Translations under genes and position numbers: made by a program
In this document: one piece after another, positions 37,186-48,168 of the stretch
How the letters are laid out: each line of letters begins with the position of its first letter
How positions within the stretch are numbered: position 1 is the first letter of the stretch
Notes under the pieces: model-generated
Told to the model about the DNA's origin: nothing
Databases searched by the model: none
The model's input: only the letters and a program-made list of their open reading frames with translations
From: Planctomycetota bacterium
GTDB taxonomy: Bacteria > Planctomycetota > JAJSAM01 > JAJVHW01
Assembly: GCA_965248445.1 (NCBI GenBank)
Contig: CBDFJG010000001.1
Span: 1-64,000, forward strand
Length of the DNA stretch: 64,000 nucleotides
Direction of reading: 5' to 3'

Positions 37186-39590
37186 CGCGGAGAGCGACCC
37201 TCGCGACCCCCGCGACCCGGCAGCCGGTTCGCCGGGACGCAGCAGGCGGTACGTCGTCCCGGCGGTCCTCGCGGGATCTGTGGTCGTGTTCCTGTGGGAT
37301 TGCCTGTTGGCCGGGCGGTCATTCGTGCTGCGCGACGCCGTGTTCGACTTCCTGCCGTGGCGCCGCTTCGCCGCGGGAGCCGCACGCGACGGGCATGTGC
37401 CGCTCTGGAATCCGTTGTCCCGGTTCGGTCAGCCGTTCGTCGCGGAGCCGCAATCGGGTTTCTTCTACCTGCCCCACCACCTCTTCGACTTCCTGCCTGC
37501 GGCCGCGGCATTTGACCTGACGATCGCGCTGCACCTCTTCGTCGCCGCCATCGGCACCTACGGACTGCTCCGCCGCTTCGACGCAGCAAAGGAGGCAGCG
37601 GTGCTCGCGGCCTTCGTGTTCGCGTTCGGCACGTACTTCACCGTCAACCTCGAGTTCATGAGCGTGATGGATACGCTCGCGTGGGCGCCGCTCACGATCC
37701 TCCTGGTCTGTCGCGTCGGCGACGGGGGCAACATGCGACGGGTCGCGGCTCGAACGCTCGTCCTGACGTTCGTCCTCGCACTCCAGATCTTCGCCGGACA
37801 GATCCAGGTGATGGCGTTCACGTGCGTCGCGGCACTGACCTACGCGATCGCTGCCGGCGTGGCCGAGAAGCGACGCGGCGCGGCCCTCGCGTCGTCCGTC
37901 GGGCTGGTCGCAGCGGCACTGCTTGCGGCCGGACTCGCGCTCGTCCAGGTGCTGCCGACGCTCGATCTCCTGCCCCACTCGATTCGCGCCGGCGGCGTGG
38001 ATCCGGGACTCGACATCGCGTCGATGTCGCCGCGCCATCTGGCAACTGTCGTGTTTCCGTTCGCATTCGGGGGTCCCGGCACGGGGAACTGGTGGGGTGT
38101 CACGCTGTCCGAGTTCTGGATGGGCTGTTTCCACGTCGGGCTGACGCCGCTCGTCGCCGCCGCGTTCGTTGCTCTAGGACGGCGACGCGGCACGGCGGCG
38201 ACGGGTGCAGCAGCGGCGAGCGCGGTCTTGCTGATCGCCGGCCTGCTCGTCGCGATGGGCAAGTACACGCCGGTGTACGGCTGGCTCCAGGCCCTGCCGA
38301 CGGCTGAGCTCGTGCGCTGGCCCGCGAAGGGACTTCAGTTGGTCGCGATTGCGATCGCCGTCCTCGCGGGTCTTGGTTTCGATGCGCTCCTCGCGCGGCG
38401 GGAGTCGACGTCGGGCCGCATCGACCGGGGCACACTCGCGGTCCTCTCCGTCGCAGGCGTGCTCGCGTTGGTGCTCATCGCCGCCGCGGCCAAGGACGGC
38501 GCGGCCACGGTCTCGGCGTTCACCGGGGGTGCGCCCGAGGGGACGGACACGGGGTTTCTAGCAGAGGACGCACGGCGCTCCGCCGCGTTCCTCGTCCTCG
38601 GCGTGCTCGCGCTGGCCGCAGCGGCGCTTCGCACAGTCCCCCGCGCGGTCGGCGTCGGCCTCGTGCTCACCGTGAGCTTCGCAAATCTCTACATCCTAAG
38701 CCGCGAGATCCAGTTCGTCGGCGACGACGCCCTGCTGGACCTCCCACCGCCCGTCCTCGCCGAACAGTCGGCCGACGGCGTCGAAGCGCGCGTGCACTCG
38801 GATCTACTTCCTCGCGGGGTTCGATCTCTACGGCTCGCGCGACGAAGAGGCGTACCGAACGGCGGCCGCCGTGCTCGCGGGCAATACGGGCCTCCCTCAT
38901 GGGATCGCATCAACGTGCCCGGGCGACGCGCTCCTGCTGCAGCGGCCCGACCAGGTAGTCGGCGTACTGGCCGGGCTGCCCGACGGGCCGCGCGGGCGGC
39001 TTGCCGACGTTCTCTCGATCGGCCGCGAGGTCCGCGGTCAGCCGTTCGCCGACTTGCTCCAGGAACTGCGCGCGAATCCGCGGACCGCCCTGCCGGCGTT
39101 CGTGGCGCGGCCGAGCGCACTGCCGCGGGCCTACCTCGTGGGACGCTGGGAGACGATCGAGGAGCCGTCCGCGGCACTCGCCCGTCTGCTCGAACCGTCG
39201 TTCGATCCGCGACACCAGGCGATCGAGGACCCCACAACCGGCCGGCCGCCACTCCCGCCCTCGGGGACCGACTCACGTTCTGCACCGGGTAGCGTCGGTG
39301 GGGTCAGCCACGACTGGAACCGCGTGGACATCGACGTCGACGTCGACGCTCACTGCCTCCTGGTTCTCACCGAGACGTGGCTGCCGGGATGGACGGTCAA
39401 AGTGGACGGCGAGGAGCGACCGCTCGCTCGCGTGAACGTGATTTTCCGCGGCGTAGCGCTTAGCCCGGGCGACCGGCTGGTGGCGATGGTCTACGCGCCG
39501 TCGTCGTTCCGAACTGGCGCCATCGTCAGCGTCCTGTTGCTCGTCGTGCTCGGAACGGCGTTCGTCTGGTGCCGACGAGCCGGCCCGTAG
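37178..39590 (+). pseudogene. YfhO-family polytopic membrane protein with one frameshift near 38800 (possible sequence error)
   Basis: PLWNPLSRFGQPF N-terminus; LVLTETWLPGWTVKVDG...RVNVIFRGVAL C-terminus in the +1 frame; removing one G at 38800-38801 joins VHS-IYFLAGF. Confidence 0.85.
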
Positions 39591-39737
39591 CCGCCGTCAC
39601 CAGCGAAGCCGCGGCTCGTCGACGATCCACTTCGCGATCGCGCCCGCGGCGATCTCGTGAGCGTGGCCGTTCGGGTGGTGGTCGAGCGTGTGGACGTGCA
39701 GAGAATTCGCGTTCATGCCGTCGAACGCGGGCGCTAG

Positions 39738-41406
39738 CCCGAATCGTTCACCAGCCGGGAATCTGAGCGGGCCGTCGTCTGTCTAAGTGCTCGTACTCGC
39801 TAGTACTTGCACCGACAGGAGCGCCGGCCCGATGACGACAGACTGTAGCCCGCAGGGGACCCTCTTCGCGGGCATCTGTGGACGCACCGCGGTGACGCGC
39901 TTCGACGCCGGTACCGTGACGAGCGACGGGGGCGTGCTGCTGCTCGAGCGGACCGATCGTCGCATCGATCTGCTCTCGCGGTTTGCGCGCTGCTTCGGGG
40001 ACCACCGGGACCCGCGTCGGGTCGAGCACACGGTCGGCCAGATGCTGCGTCAGCGGGTCTTCGGGCTGTGCGCGGGCTACGAGGATCTGGTGGACCACGA
40101 CCATGTCGGCAAGGACCCGCTGTTTGCCGCGGCGTGCGGCAAGCGCGAGGGTGCTCTGGCCACGCACCCGACGCTCTCGCGGCTCGAGACCACGCAGCTC
40201 GGCGCCACGGCACAGACGCGCTACGCCAAGATCGAGATGGACCAGGAGCGCGTGGACAGCGTGCTCAGCGACGTCTTCTGCGAGGCCATGGGGCCGGAGG
40301 ATCCGGGCCTGCTCGTGCTGGACCTGGACCACTCCGACGTGCGGCTGCACGGCCGGCAGGAGGGCCGCTTCTTCCACGGCTACTACGGGCACTACTGCTA
40401 CCTGCCGCTGTACGTCTTCTGCGGCGAGCACCTCTTGCTCGCTCGGCTCCAGACCGCTGACAGAGATCCCGCGCGCGGAGTCGTGGACGAGCTCCGTGCG
40501 CTGGTCTTACGTCTGCGGCGCCGCTGGCCCCGGGCCAAGGTGCTCGTGCGCGCAGACTCGGGCTTTTGCCGCGAGGAGCTGATGGCCTGGTGCGAGGCCG
40601 CCGGCCACTTCTACCTGCTGGGCATGGCGCGCAATGAGCGCCTTGAGCGACACGTCGAAGACGCGCTCGATGAGGCCGCAGCCCGTGCCGTGCAGACCGG
40701 CCGAGCAGCCCGGGTCTTTCGCGACTTTGCCTGGACCACGCTGGGGAGCTGGAGCCAGAGGCGTCGCGTGGTCGCCAAGGCCGAGCACCTGCCGGGCGGC
40801 AAGCGCAATCCCCGCTTCGTGGTGACCAATCTGCCGCCTCGTAGCTGGAGCAGCAAGCGTCTCTACGAGCAGCTCTACTGCGCCCGGGGCGAGGCGGAGA
40901 ATCGCATCAAGGAGCAGCAGCTCGAGCTCTTCGGCACCCGTCTGTCGGTGCACACGATGCAGGGCAACGCCGTGCGGATGGCCATGTCGGCCATGGCCTA
41001 CGTCCTGACCTGTGCGCTGCGACGCATCGGTCTCGCCGGCACCGAGATGGCGCGTGCGCAAGCCGGCACGATCCGCCTGCGGCTGCTCAAGATCGGCGCG
41101 CTCGTGCGGATCACGACGCGCCGGATCTGGGTCTCGATGTCCTCGTCGTGGCCCTGGCAGCACGTCTTCGAGCGCTGCGCGCAACGACTGCTGGCATCCC
41201 CGAAGCCGACCTGACGTCCCGCCGCGCCGTCCGCCACACCACCGCCCGGCCTACGGTCTGCCCACACCGCAGAATCCGCGCCGTTTCGGCCGCTCACTCG
41301 CGTTGCCCTTGTGGCAACGACGACAGCATCCGCCCTCGCCTGGCCAAGATCTGACCCTGTGGACTCCGAAAGCACCGTCATCGCGACGTCTCGTGAACAG
41401 ATGCGG
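39738..41406 (+). mobile_element. IS1380 type 1, copy 4 (complete)
   Basis: Both IRs; CTAG at 39734-39737 and 41407-41410. Confidence 0.95.
39832..41214 (+). CDS. IS1380-family transposase
   Basis: Protein identical to copies 1 and 2. Confidence 0.95.
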   Translation: MTTDCSPQGTLFAGICGRTAVTRFDAGTVTSDGGVLLLERTDRRIDLLSRFARCFGDHRDPRRVEHTVGQMLRQRVFGLCAGYEDLVDHDHVGKDPLFAAACGKREGALATHPTLSRLETTQLGATAQTRYAKIEMDQERVDSVLSDVFCEAMGPEDPGLLVLDLDHSDVRLHGRQEGRFFHGYYGHYCYLPLYVFCGEHLLLARLQTADRDPARGVVDELRALVLRLRRRWPRAKVLVRADSGFCREELMAWCEAAGHFYLLGMARNERLERHVEDALDEAAARAVQTGRAARVFRDFAWTTLGSWSQRRRVVAKAEHLPGGKRNPRFVVTNLPPRSWSSKRLYEQLYCARGEAENRIKEQQLELFGTRLSVHTMQGNAVRMAMSAMAYVLTCALRRIGLAGTEMARAQAGTIRLRLLKIGALVRITTRRIWVSMSSSWPWQHVFERCAQRLLASPKPT

Positions 41407-42436
41407 CTAGATCCAGCACCGGCAGCCCCGCCTCGCGCGCCAGCTTCACCACTTGGTCGTGGCACGGCTGGAGCGGGTAGTCGTCGAGCCGGAACATCAT
41501 CGGATAGACGACCAACCCGACACCGACGTCGCGGTAGCTCGCCATGCGCCGGAACTGCGCGGAGAGGGCCGACAGGTTGTCCGCGTTCATGGCCGGGTCG
41601 TACGCGTCGAGATACGAGCGGACGGTGGCGCTCGTGACGTCGCGCACGGCCGAGGTCTCCGCCAGATACGCCGTGACGCGGAACACCCGCTGGTACCAGG
41701 GTCGCGCCGCGCCGGACGGCCCCAATTGCGCAGCGCGCAGATTGACGAGGTCATACGCGCCGTCCAACGGCTCGCGCATCGCCGCAGTCAGCTCCACGTC
41801 GTTCAGGTTGTAGATGACGAGCGCCCGCGGACAGTCGTAGGTCGTCGCCATCCACTCGAGCCGTTCCACGTTGAGTGCTGCGTTCGCGCCGCTCTCGCCA
41901 CAGTTGAGGAACTCGACCCGTGACCCCAGCAAGCCCTGGAGGTGTGCGAAGAGCGTCTTCTCGACCGGAACGCCCTCGCCCAACGCGAACGAGTCCCCGA
42001 TCCCGGCGAAGCGCGTGACACCGGGCGACGGGTGCGCTCCCACCCCCGCTCCGCGCACGCCGAGACTCTCTTGCCTGTACTCCACGCACCATGGCGTGTC
42101 CGTGAGCGCCGAGAGCGGTGCCTCGACAGTCGGCGAGAGCAACTGGGTCAGCTTCCAGCGCCCGCTCGAGACGTCGGGCACGGGCTGGAACTCCCCCGAC
42201 GGGTTTGACGGGAAGCAGTGATACGTGACGCTCGGATCGTCGGCGCTCTCGAGCAGGCACTTCGGCACCGACGGCGCGCCGAGCCCGGCCAGCCGGAAGA
42301 CGATTTCCGTCAGCAGCAGCGCCAAGACGACGCCGAAACAGACGGCGCCGACGCGCCGCCCGACGCCGCCCGACCGCCCGACCTCGTTCACGCGCAAAGA
42401 CTACCGGAGACGGAGCCGCAACGGCGGCGTCCGCAC

Positions 42437-44818
42437 TCAGATCGTCGGGCCGGCGCCCGGCTGCAGGTTCGTCGTTCGCCAGTAGGCGTCCGCGCGCGCG
42501 ACCGCCAGGTGAAGCAGCGAGTTCTCGGGGTAATCGCCGTCCTCGGGACGGACGCCGGCCACCTTGCCGGTGAGCACTTCGAGGGCCTGGAGCACCGTGC
42601 CGACCGCGTACACGGCGAAGTCGCCCTCGCGGCAGGCCTCGACGATGTCGTGGCGCAGCATCAGGTCACCCGCATTGCTCTCCGGGATGAGCACACCCTG
42701 GTCCCCGGTCAGGCCGCCTTCCGAACTTGCGCAGACGTCGTAGAAGCCCTCGACCTTCTCGTTGACGCCGCCGATCGCCTGGACGTGTCCGTGCTGGTCG
42801 ATCGCACCCGTCATCGCGAACGACTGCTTGATCGGGACCTCTGTGAGCGCCGACAGCAAACAGCAGATCTCCGCTCCGGAGGCCGAGTCGCCGTCGATGC
42901 CTCCGTAGCTCTGCTCGAACGCAAGCGACGCGCTGAACATGAGGGGATGCTCGGGGTGCAGCAGCGTTCGCAGGCAGCCGCCGAGGATGTGAAATCCCTT
43001 CGTGTGGATCGAGCCGGACAGCGCCGCGCGGCCTTCGATGTCCACGATCCCGGCATTTCCAGGAGAGATCGACGCCGTGATGCGGGCCGGGAACCCGTAA
43101 GTGATCGGACCCGCTGTGAGGACGGCCAGCCCGTTGATCTGGCCGATGGCTACGCCCGACGTCTGCACGCGGATGGTACCGCGCCGGATCATCTCCTGGA
43201 ACCGGCGGGACGGCAGCGACGCGCGCTCCTTGGTGCGGCGCACCGTCTGCACGATGTGATCGCCCGTGACGACATCCGCACCGGCCTTGCCCGCGATGAA
43301 CGCCGCCTCCCGCGCGATGTCCACCACACGGCCCAGGCGCGCTGTGACCTTGTCCGGACTCGCGGCAATGCGCGCGCCGTGATCGACGAGCGCCGCCACC
43401 GCGACCTTGTCGAACGGCGGAAGCTTCTCCGCTCGCGCCACACGGGAGAGGACTCCGGCGTACGCGGTCGCCGCACCCTCCCTGGGCATGCTCGAGTCGA
43501 AGTCCGCCAACACCTTGAAGAGACTGGAGAAGTCCGGTTCGACACCATCGAGCATGTAGTACGTGCGGCCGTCGCCGACCAGGATCACGCGCAGCTTCAC
43601 GGGGATCGCGTCGGGCTTGATCATCGGCGCGCCGAACGGATTGATCGTATCGTGCGGGACGATCTCTAGACGGTCCGCGCGCAGCGTCCGCACGAGTGCC
43701 TGCCATGCGCCCGGCTCGAGGAGCACGTCCCGTGCGTCGAGGATCAGGTAGCCACCGTCGGCGCGCAGCACGGCGCCGGCGCGGATGCCCATGTGGTCCG
43801 CGGTGACGCCGCCCTGGCGCGTCCACGTGCGCTCGACCGCCCCCATCAGATTGACGACACTCGGGTTCGTCTCGATGACCACCGGGCAACCGTCGTCACG
43901 GCGAGTGCGCACGACGTTGACGGCGTAGCGCAGCGTGGGATCGTCGCTCGCGGTCTCCTCACCCAGACGGTCGACGACGTCGTCGATCACCTCTTCGAGG
44001 AAAGCGGCCACGTCGGTGCCGGCGAACGCCTCGCGGATGGGACTGGCCAGAGACGACAGCGCGGCGCGCACCTCCGACTCGTGCAGCTCCCGCAACGCCT
44101 GCATGTTCGTGCGCCGCAGCTTCTCCACGGATCGCGTCACCTCTCCGAGCCGGCGCTGCAGGTCCTCGCGCTTCGTCTCCCAGGCCTGCCACGACTCGTC
44201 GTCGACCTTGCCCTCTTCGTGCAGCTTCTCGAATTCGTCGGGCGGCACAGGCTTCCCGTCCGCCAGCGGGAACACGGTCGGGCGGGAGACCGGGCCGACC
44301 TGCAGTGAGACGAGTCCGAGTCCGGCTTCGTCGACCTCCGTCTGGAACGGTCCGGTCACGCCCTCGAGTTGGGTGGCCGCGCGCTTCTCGAGCGCCTCGC
44401 GGCGGGCGCGAAGGCCGTCGGACTCGAGCACCTGGCCGAGGCGCTCGGAGACGAACTCCGCGAGCTCGTGAACGAGGCGCCGCAGACGAGGCGCGCTCCC
44501 TGCCGGAACGGTCAGCAAGCGCGGGCGACCCGGGTCCTCGAAGTTCCGGACGAAGCAGCGATCGGGCGCGTCCGAGCATGACGGGCGGAGCTCATCGAGG
44601 ATCTGCGCGATGAGCGTCATGCGGCCGGTGCCGGTGATGCCGCGCACGTACACGTTCTGGCCGGGCGCATCGCACTCGATGCCGAAGCGCAGCGCTTCGA
44701 CGGCGCCGGGCTGCCCGACTACCCCCAGCTCATCCGCGACGTCGGCCGTCGTCTCGAACGGCAACGTGCTTGGATCGCAACGCCAGCGAAGAGCCTCGGT
44801 TGGGAGCGGGTCGTGCAT
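42437..44818 (-). CDS. Lon-like ATP-dependent protease (AAA_32/S16 type)
   Basis: LRWRCDP, GQINGLAV, FEQSYGGIDGDSAS (Ser) and IGGVNEKVEGF (Lys). Confidence 0.9.
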   Translation of the reverse strand: MHDPLPTEALRWRCDPSTLPFETTADVADELGVVGQPGAVEALRFGIECDAPGQNVYVRGITGTGRMTLIAQILDELRPSCSDAPDRCFVRNFEDPGRPRLLTVPAGSAPRLRRLVHELAEFVSERLGQVLESDGLRARREALEKRAATQLEGVTGPFQTEVDEAGLGLVSLQVGPVSRPTVFPLADGKPVPPDEFEKLHEEGKVDDESWQAWETKREDLQRRLGEVTRSVEKLRRTNMQALRELHESEVRAALSSLASPIREAFAGTDVAAFLEEVIDDVVDRLGEETASDDPTLRYAVNVVRTRRDDGCPVVIETNPSVVNLMGAVERTWTRQGGVTADHMGIRAGAVLRADGGYLILDARDVLLEPGAWQALVRTLRADRLEIVPHDTINPFGAPMIKPDAIPVKLRVILVGDGRTYYMLDGVEPDFSSLFKVLADFDSSMPREGAATAYAGVLSRVARAEKLPPFDKVAVAALVDHGARIAASPDKVTARLGRVVDIAREAAFIAGKAGADVVTGDHIVQTVRRTKERASLPSRRFQEMIRRGTIRVQTSGVAIGQINGLAVLTAGPITYGFPARITASISPGNAGIVDIEGRAALSGSIHTKGFHILGGCLRTLLHPEHPLMFSASLAFEQSYGGIDGDSASGAEICCLLSALTEVPIKQSFAMTGAIDQHGHVQAIGGVNEKVEGFYDVCASSEGGLTGDQGVLIPESNAGDLMLRHDIVEACREGDFAVYAVGTVLQALEVLTGKVAGVRPEDGDYPENSLLHLAVARADAYWRTTNLQPGAGPTI

Positions 44819-44873
44819 GTGGATCTCCGTCTCGCTCCAGCGCCGCGAGGTTGTCACGGCGTTCCCCCGTCCG

Positions 44874-47800
44874 TCAACGCAGGAGCAGCTCCAGATCTTC
44901 AACCGTGAGATTGCGCATCATCGCGTTGTCCTCGGTCAGGAGGGCGGCGACCAACTCACGTTTCTTCTCCTGCAACTCGAGGACGCGTTCCTCGACGGTG
45001 TCGCGGCAGACCAGACGATAGGCCATCACGCGACGGGTCTGCCCGATCCGGTACGTGCGGTCGATCGCCTGCGCCTCCGCTGCCGGGTTCCACCACGGGT
45101 CCAGGATGAACACGTAGTCCGCGGCGGTCAGGTTGAGGCCGAGTCCACCCGCCTTCAGGCTGATCACGAACACGGGGCACGCGTCGTCGTTCTGGAACCG
45201 ATCGACCGCGGCGCGGCGGTCCCGCGTCTTCCCGTCGAGGTACTCGTGCACGATCCCCGCCTTGTCGAGGCGGTCGCGAACCAGCGCCAGGAACGACGTG
45301 AACTGGCTGAACACCAGTGCCTTGTGTCCCTCCTCGACCACCTCCGTGAGCATGGGCAGAAGCGCATCGAGCTTGCCGCACTCCTCGTCCTTGCGCGTCA
45401 CGTCGAGGAGGCCCGGATGGCACGCGGTCTGCCGCAGGCGGAGCAGCGCTTCGAGCACGTGCATCCGGGACGTGGGAACCACCTCCCCGCCGCCGCGCGC
45501 CAGGAGCGACGTCCGGTAGTGGCGCGCCAGCTCGCGGTACGACCGCCGCTGCCGCGGGGTCATTTCGCAATGCAGAGTCTGCTCGGTCTTCGGCGGCAGG
45601 TCCTTCGCGACCTGCTCCTTCGTGCGTCGCAACAGGAAAGGCCGCAGTGCGCGAGCCAGCAGTGCGCGTCCCTCGCGGTCGGTGGACGCGGCGCCGCGTC
45701 GCGAGATCATCCGACGGAACGCGGACGACCGCCCGAGCATGCCCGGGTTCAAGAACTCGAACAGTGACCACAGTTCCTCGAGGTGGTTCTCGATCGGCGT
45801 TCCCGAGAGTGCCAGCTTGTGCCGTGCCCGCAGCAGGCGAGCCGCGCGGGCGACCTGCGTGGACGCGTTCTTCACGGCCTGGGATTCATCAAGCACGGCG
45901 TAATCGAACTCGAGCGCCGACATCAACTCGCCGTCGCGGCGCAGCACGCCGTAGGTCGTGACGATCAGGTCGTGCTTACCAGCGTCCGCGAGATGCTTGC
46001 GGCGCCCGGGTCCGCTGTAGTCGAGGACCTTCAACTCGGGGGTGAAACGGGCGGCTTCGTCGATCCAGTTGAAGACGACCGAACGCGGTGCGACGACGAG
46101 CGACGGCGGCCGCTTCGTGTCGTCGGCCCGCCGCGCCTCGAGCAGCGCGAGCACTTGCACCGTCTTGCCGAGACCCATGTCGTCGGCGAGGCACCCGCCG
46201 CAGCCGAACTGCCGGAGGAAGGCGAACCACGCCAACCCCTCGCGCTGATACTCGCGCAACTCGCCTTGGAACGTGGGCGGTTCGGTGCCCGGTGCGATGC
46301 CGTCGAACGAGGCGAGCGCAGCGCGGAACTGCTCGAACTCGTCGTCGGTGGTGACGTCCGCGTCGCCGGCCACCAGAGCGTCGAGCAGCCATCCCTGGTG
46401 ACGGCCGAAGCGCAGCGCGTCTCCGTCCTCCTCTCCTAGAATCCCGAGCAGTGCCAACCGTCTGGACAGATCCGCGGGGAGCATGCCCTGCGAGCCGTCC
46501 GGCAACGGGACGACGGTCGCGCCATCGCGGGCGGCTCGCAGCAGGTCCGGCAACTCGACGGATTGGTCGTCGAACTCGACCGCGCCGCGCAGCTCGAACC
46601 AGTCGATCCCCGACGTGACCCCCCCGGACAGCGTGCCCGCGGTGCGGCGGCGTCGGCCCGCGACGGAAACCGTCCAGCCCGCTGCCAGCAGGCGCTCGAG
46701 GAGCACGGATGCCGCAGGGGCCGCGAGCGATATCTCGCCCAGGTCCGCCCCGTCCTCGACGCGCGCGGAGACGTCGGAGAGGACCTCGCCCAGCAGGACC
46801 GCCTCGCCCTCCCGGTCCCGGATCGTCGGCGGACCGTCCTCGGCCGGCTGCTCGGCGTCCTTCTCGGAGACGCGGTTGTCATCGCCGTCCTCACCGTCCC
46901 CAGTGGCCGCAGTGGGTGCTCCCACGGGGAGCACGGCCCGGAGATCGCCGGCGGCGATCCGGTGATCGCCGTACTGGAAGTACACACGTCCGACGACCGC
47001 GCCGCCCGCCCCCGGCGACTGATCCACGTCGAGATGGCCTGTGGGTGCCGGGGCAATGGAGAGGGGCGCGCCGTCTATGTGCACTGCCGGCAGCGCGGGC
47101 AAAGCGAACAGCGCCGTCGTCAACTCCGGTGCGTCGGCCGCCGGCGCGCGCAACGGGCCCTCGTCGAGCAGGGAGCGCAACACCGAGCCGGCGCCGCCTG
47201 TGTCGAGCGGCGCGATCCGCCGGTCCACGATCGCGAGCCCCTCCGCGATCACGAGATCCGCATCCTCGATCGGCAGATCGCGCTCGCCGCGCACAAGGCG
47301 GCCGCACCCGCGCACCTCGCCCTCGGACGTGCGGACGTCGAGGACCAGGGTCCACGCGCCCTCCTCGTCCCACGAGAGCGCGTCGAGTTCCTCGCCCCGC
47401 GGTTCCTCGTACAGAAGGCGCCCGGTGCGACACAGCGCAGGAAGCGTCAGAACCGCGTGCGGCGGCGGGAGCAGGAACGCGTCAACGCGTGCCGACTCGT
47501 CGCGGTACGCGGATGCGCCGCGCAGAAGCGCCAACAGCGTCCGATCCGTGGGATCGAGCGGGACGGGGTTGTCCCGTTCGGCCCCGGAGAGAGCGCGCGT
47601 GGTGCCCCATCGCCCGCTCCGCAGACGCCGCCGCAGGAACGCGTTCACGGCGAGACCGCCACCGCGACGGGTGCGGCGCCGGTCCAGCACGTAGAGGATC
47701 TGCAGGTCTCCGCGCACCGCGCCGGCGCCGGGCAGTTCTCCCCGCCGAGCCGCAGCGGCCAGCTCGGACCTCACGCCGATGAGGCGGCCCTCCCAGTCGC

Positions 47801-48128
47801 TGCCGCGCGCCTGCGCCGCGTCGGGGGTGGACACGACCCGACGGTCTCGCAGAGACGGCAGCCCGGCACGGTCCGCCTCGACGATCGCTGCCCAGATGTG
47901 CGCGCAGGGCGTGCCGCGCGCCCAGGAGTCGCAGGTGCACGCGAGCGTCGGCGCGTCCTCGAAGGGCACGCGCGCAGTCACCGAGTGCGCGCCGTCGTCA
48001 GCCACGGAGGCCTCGAGTTCCTCGTCCGCAAGGCGCAGCAAGGTCACGGCACGCCCCGACAACAACGCACGTGCGCGACGGCGCACCGTGGGTGGAAACA
48101 TGGCGACGAGACGGGCTGGTAGCGGCAT
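44874..48128 (-). CDS. SWIM-domain SNF2 helicase
   Basis: CTC...CAH; LADDMGLGKT, DESQ, SGTPIEN, SLKAGGLGLNL and DPWWNPAAEAQA motifs. Confidence 0.95.
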   Translation of the reverse strand: MPLPARLVAMFPPTVRRRARALLSGRAVTLLRLADEELEASVADDGAHSVTARVPFEDAPTLACTCDSWARGTPCAHIWAAIVEADRAGLPSLRDRRVVSTPDAAQARGSDWEGRLIGVRSELAAAARRGELPGAGAVRGDLQILYVLDRRRTRRGGGLAVNAFLRRRLRSGRWGTTRALSGAERDNPVPLDPTDRTLLALLRGASAYRDESARVDAFLLPPPHAVLTLPALCRTGRLLYEEPRGEELDALSWDEEGAWTLVLDVRTSEGEVRGCGRLVRGERDLPIEDADLVIAEGLAIVDRRIAPLDTGGAGSVLRSLLDEGPLRAPAADAPELTTALFALPALPAVHIDGAPLSIAPAPTGHLDVDQSPGAGGAVVGRVYFQYGDHRIAAGDLRAVLPVGAPTAATGDGEDGDDNRVSEKDAEQPAEDGPPTIRDREGEAVLLGEVLSDVSARVEDGADLGEISLAAPAASVLLERLLAAGWTVSVAGRRRRTAGTLSGGVTSGIDWFELRGAVEFDDQSVELPDLLRAARDGATVVPLPDGSQGMLPADLSRRLALLGILGEEDGDALRFGRHQGWLLDALVAGDADVTTDDEFEQFRAALASFDGIAPGTEPPTFQGELREYQREGLAWFAFLRQFGCGGCLADDMGLGKTVQVLALLEARRADDTKRPPSLVVAPRSVVFNWIDEAARFTPELKVLDYSGPGRRKHLADAGKHDLIVTTYGVLRRDGELMSALEFDYAVLDESQAVKNASTQVARAARLLRARHKLALSGTPIENHLEELWSLFEFLNPGMLGRSSAFRRMISRRGAASTDREGRALLARALRPFLLRRTKEQVAKDLPPKTEQTLHCEMTPRQRRSYRELARHYRTSLLARGGGEVVPTSRMHVLEALLRLRQTACHPGLLDVTRKDEECGKLDALLPMLTEVVEEGHKALVFSQFTSFLALVRDRLDKAGIVHEYLDGKTRDRRAAVDRFQNDDACPVFVISLKAGGLGLNLTAADYVFILDPWWNPAAEAQAIDRTYRIGQTRRVMAYRLVCRDTVEERVLELQEKKRELVAALLTEDNAMMRNLTVEDLELLLR

Positions 48129-48168
48129 CAGACCAAGCCAGCGATGCTAGCTCGGACCGCTAGCTGTC

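Larger units (their letters stand above)
39597..42391 (-). pseudogene. SGNH hydrolase interrupted by IS1380
   Basis: IGDSFALG and YNLND upstream of the IS; the frame continues after it as LAPAFDGMNANSLHVHTLDHHPNGHAHEIAA...W to TGA. Confidence 0.9.
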
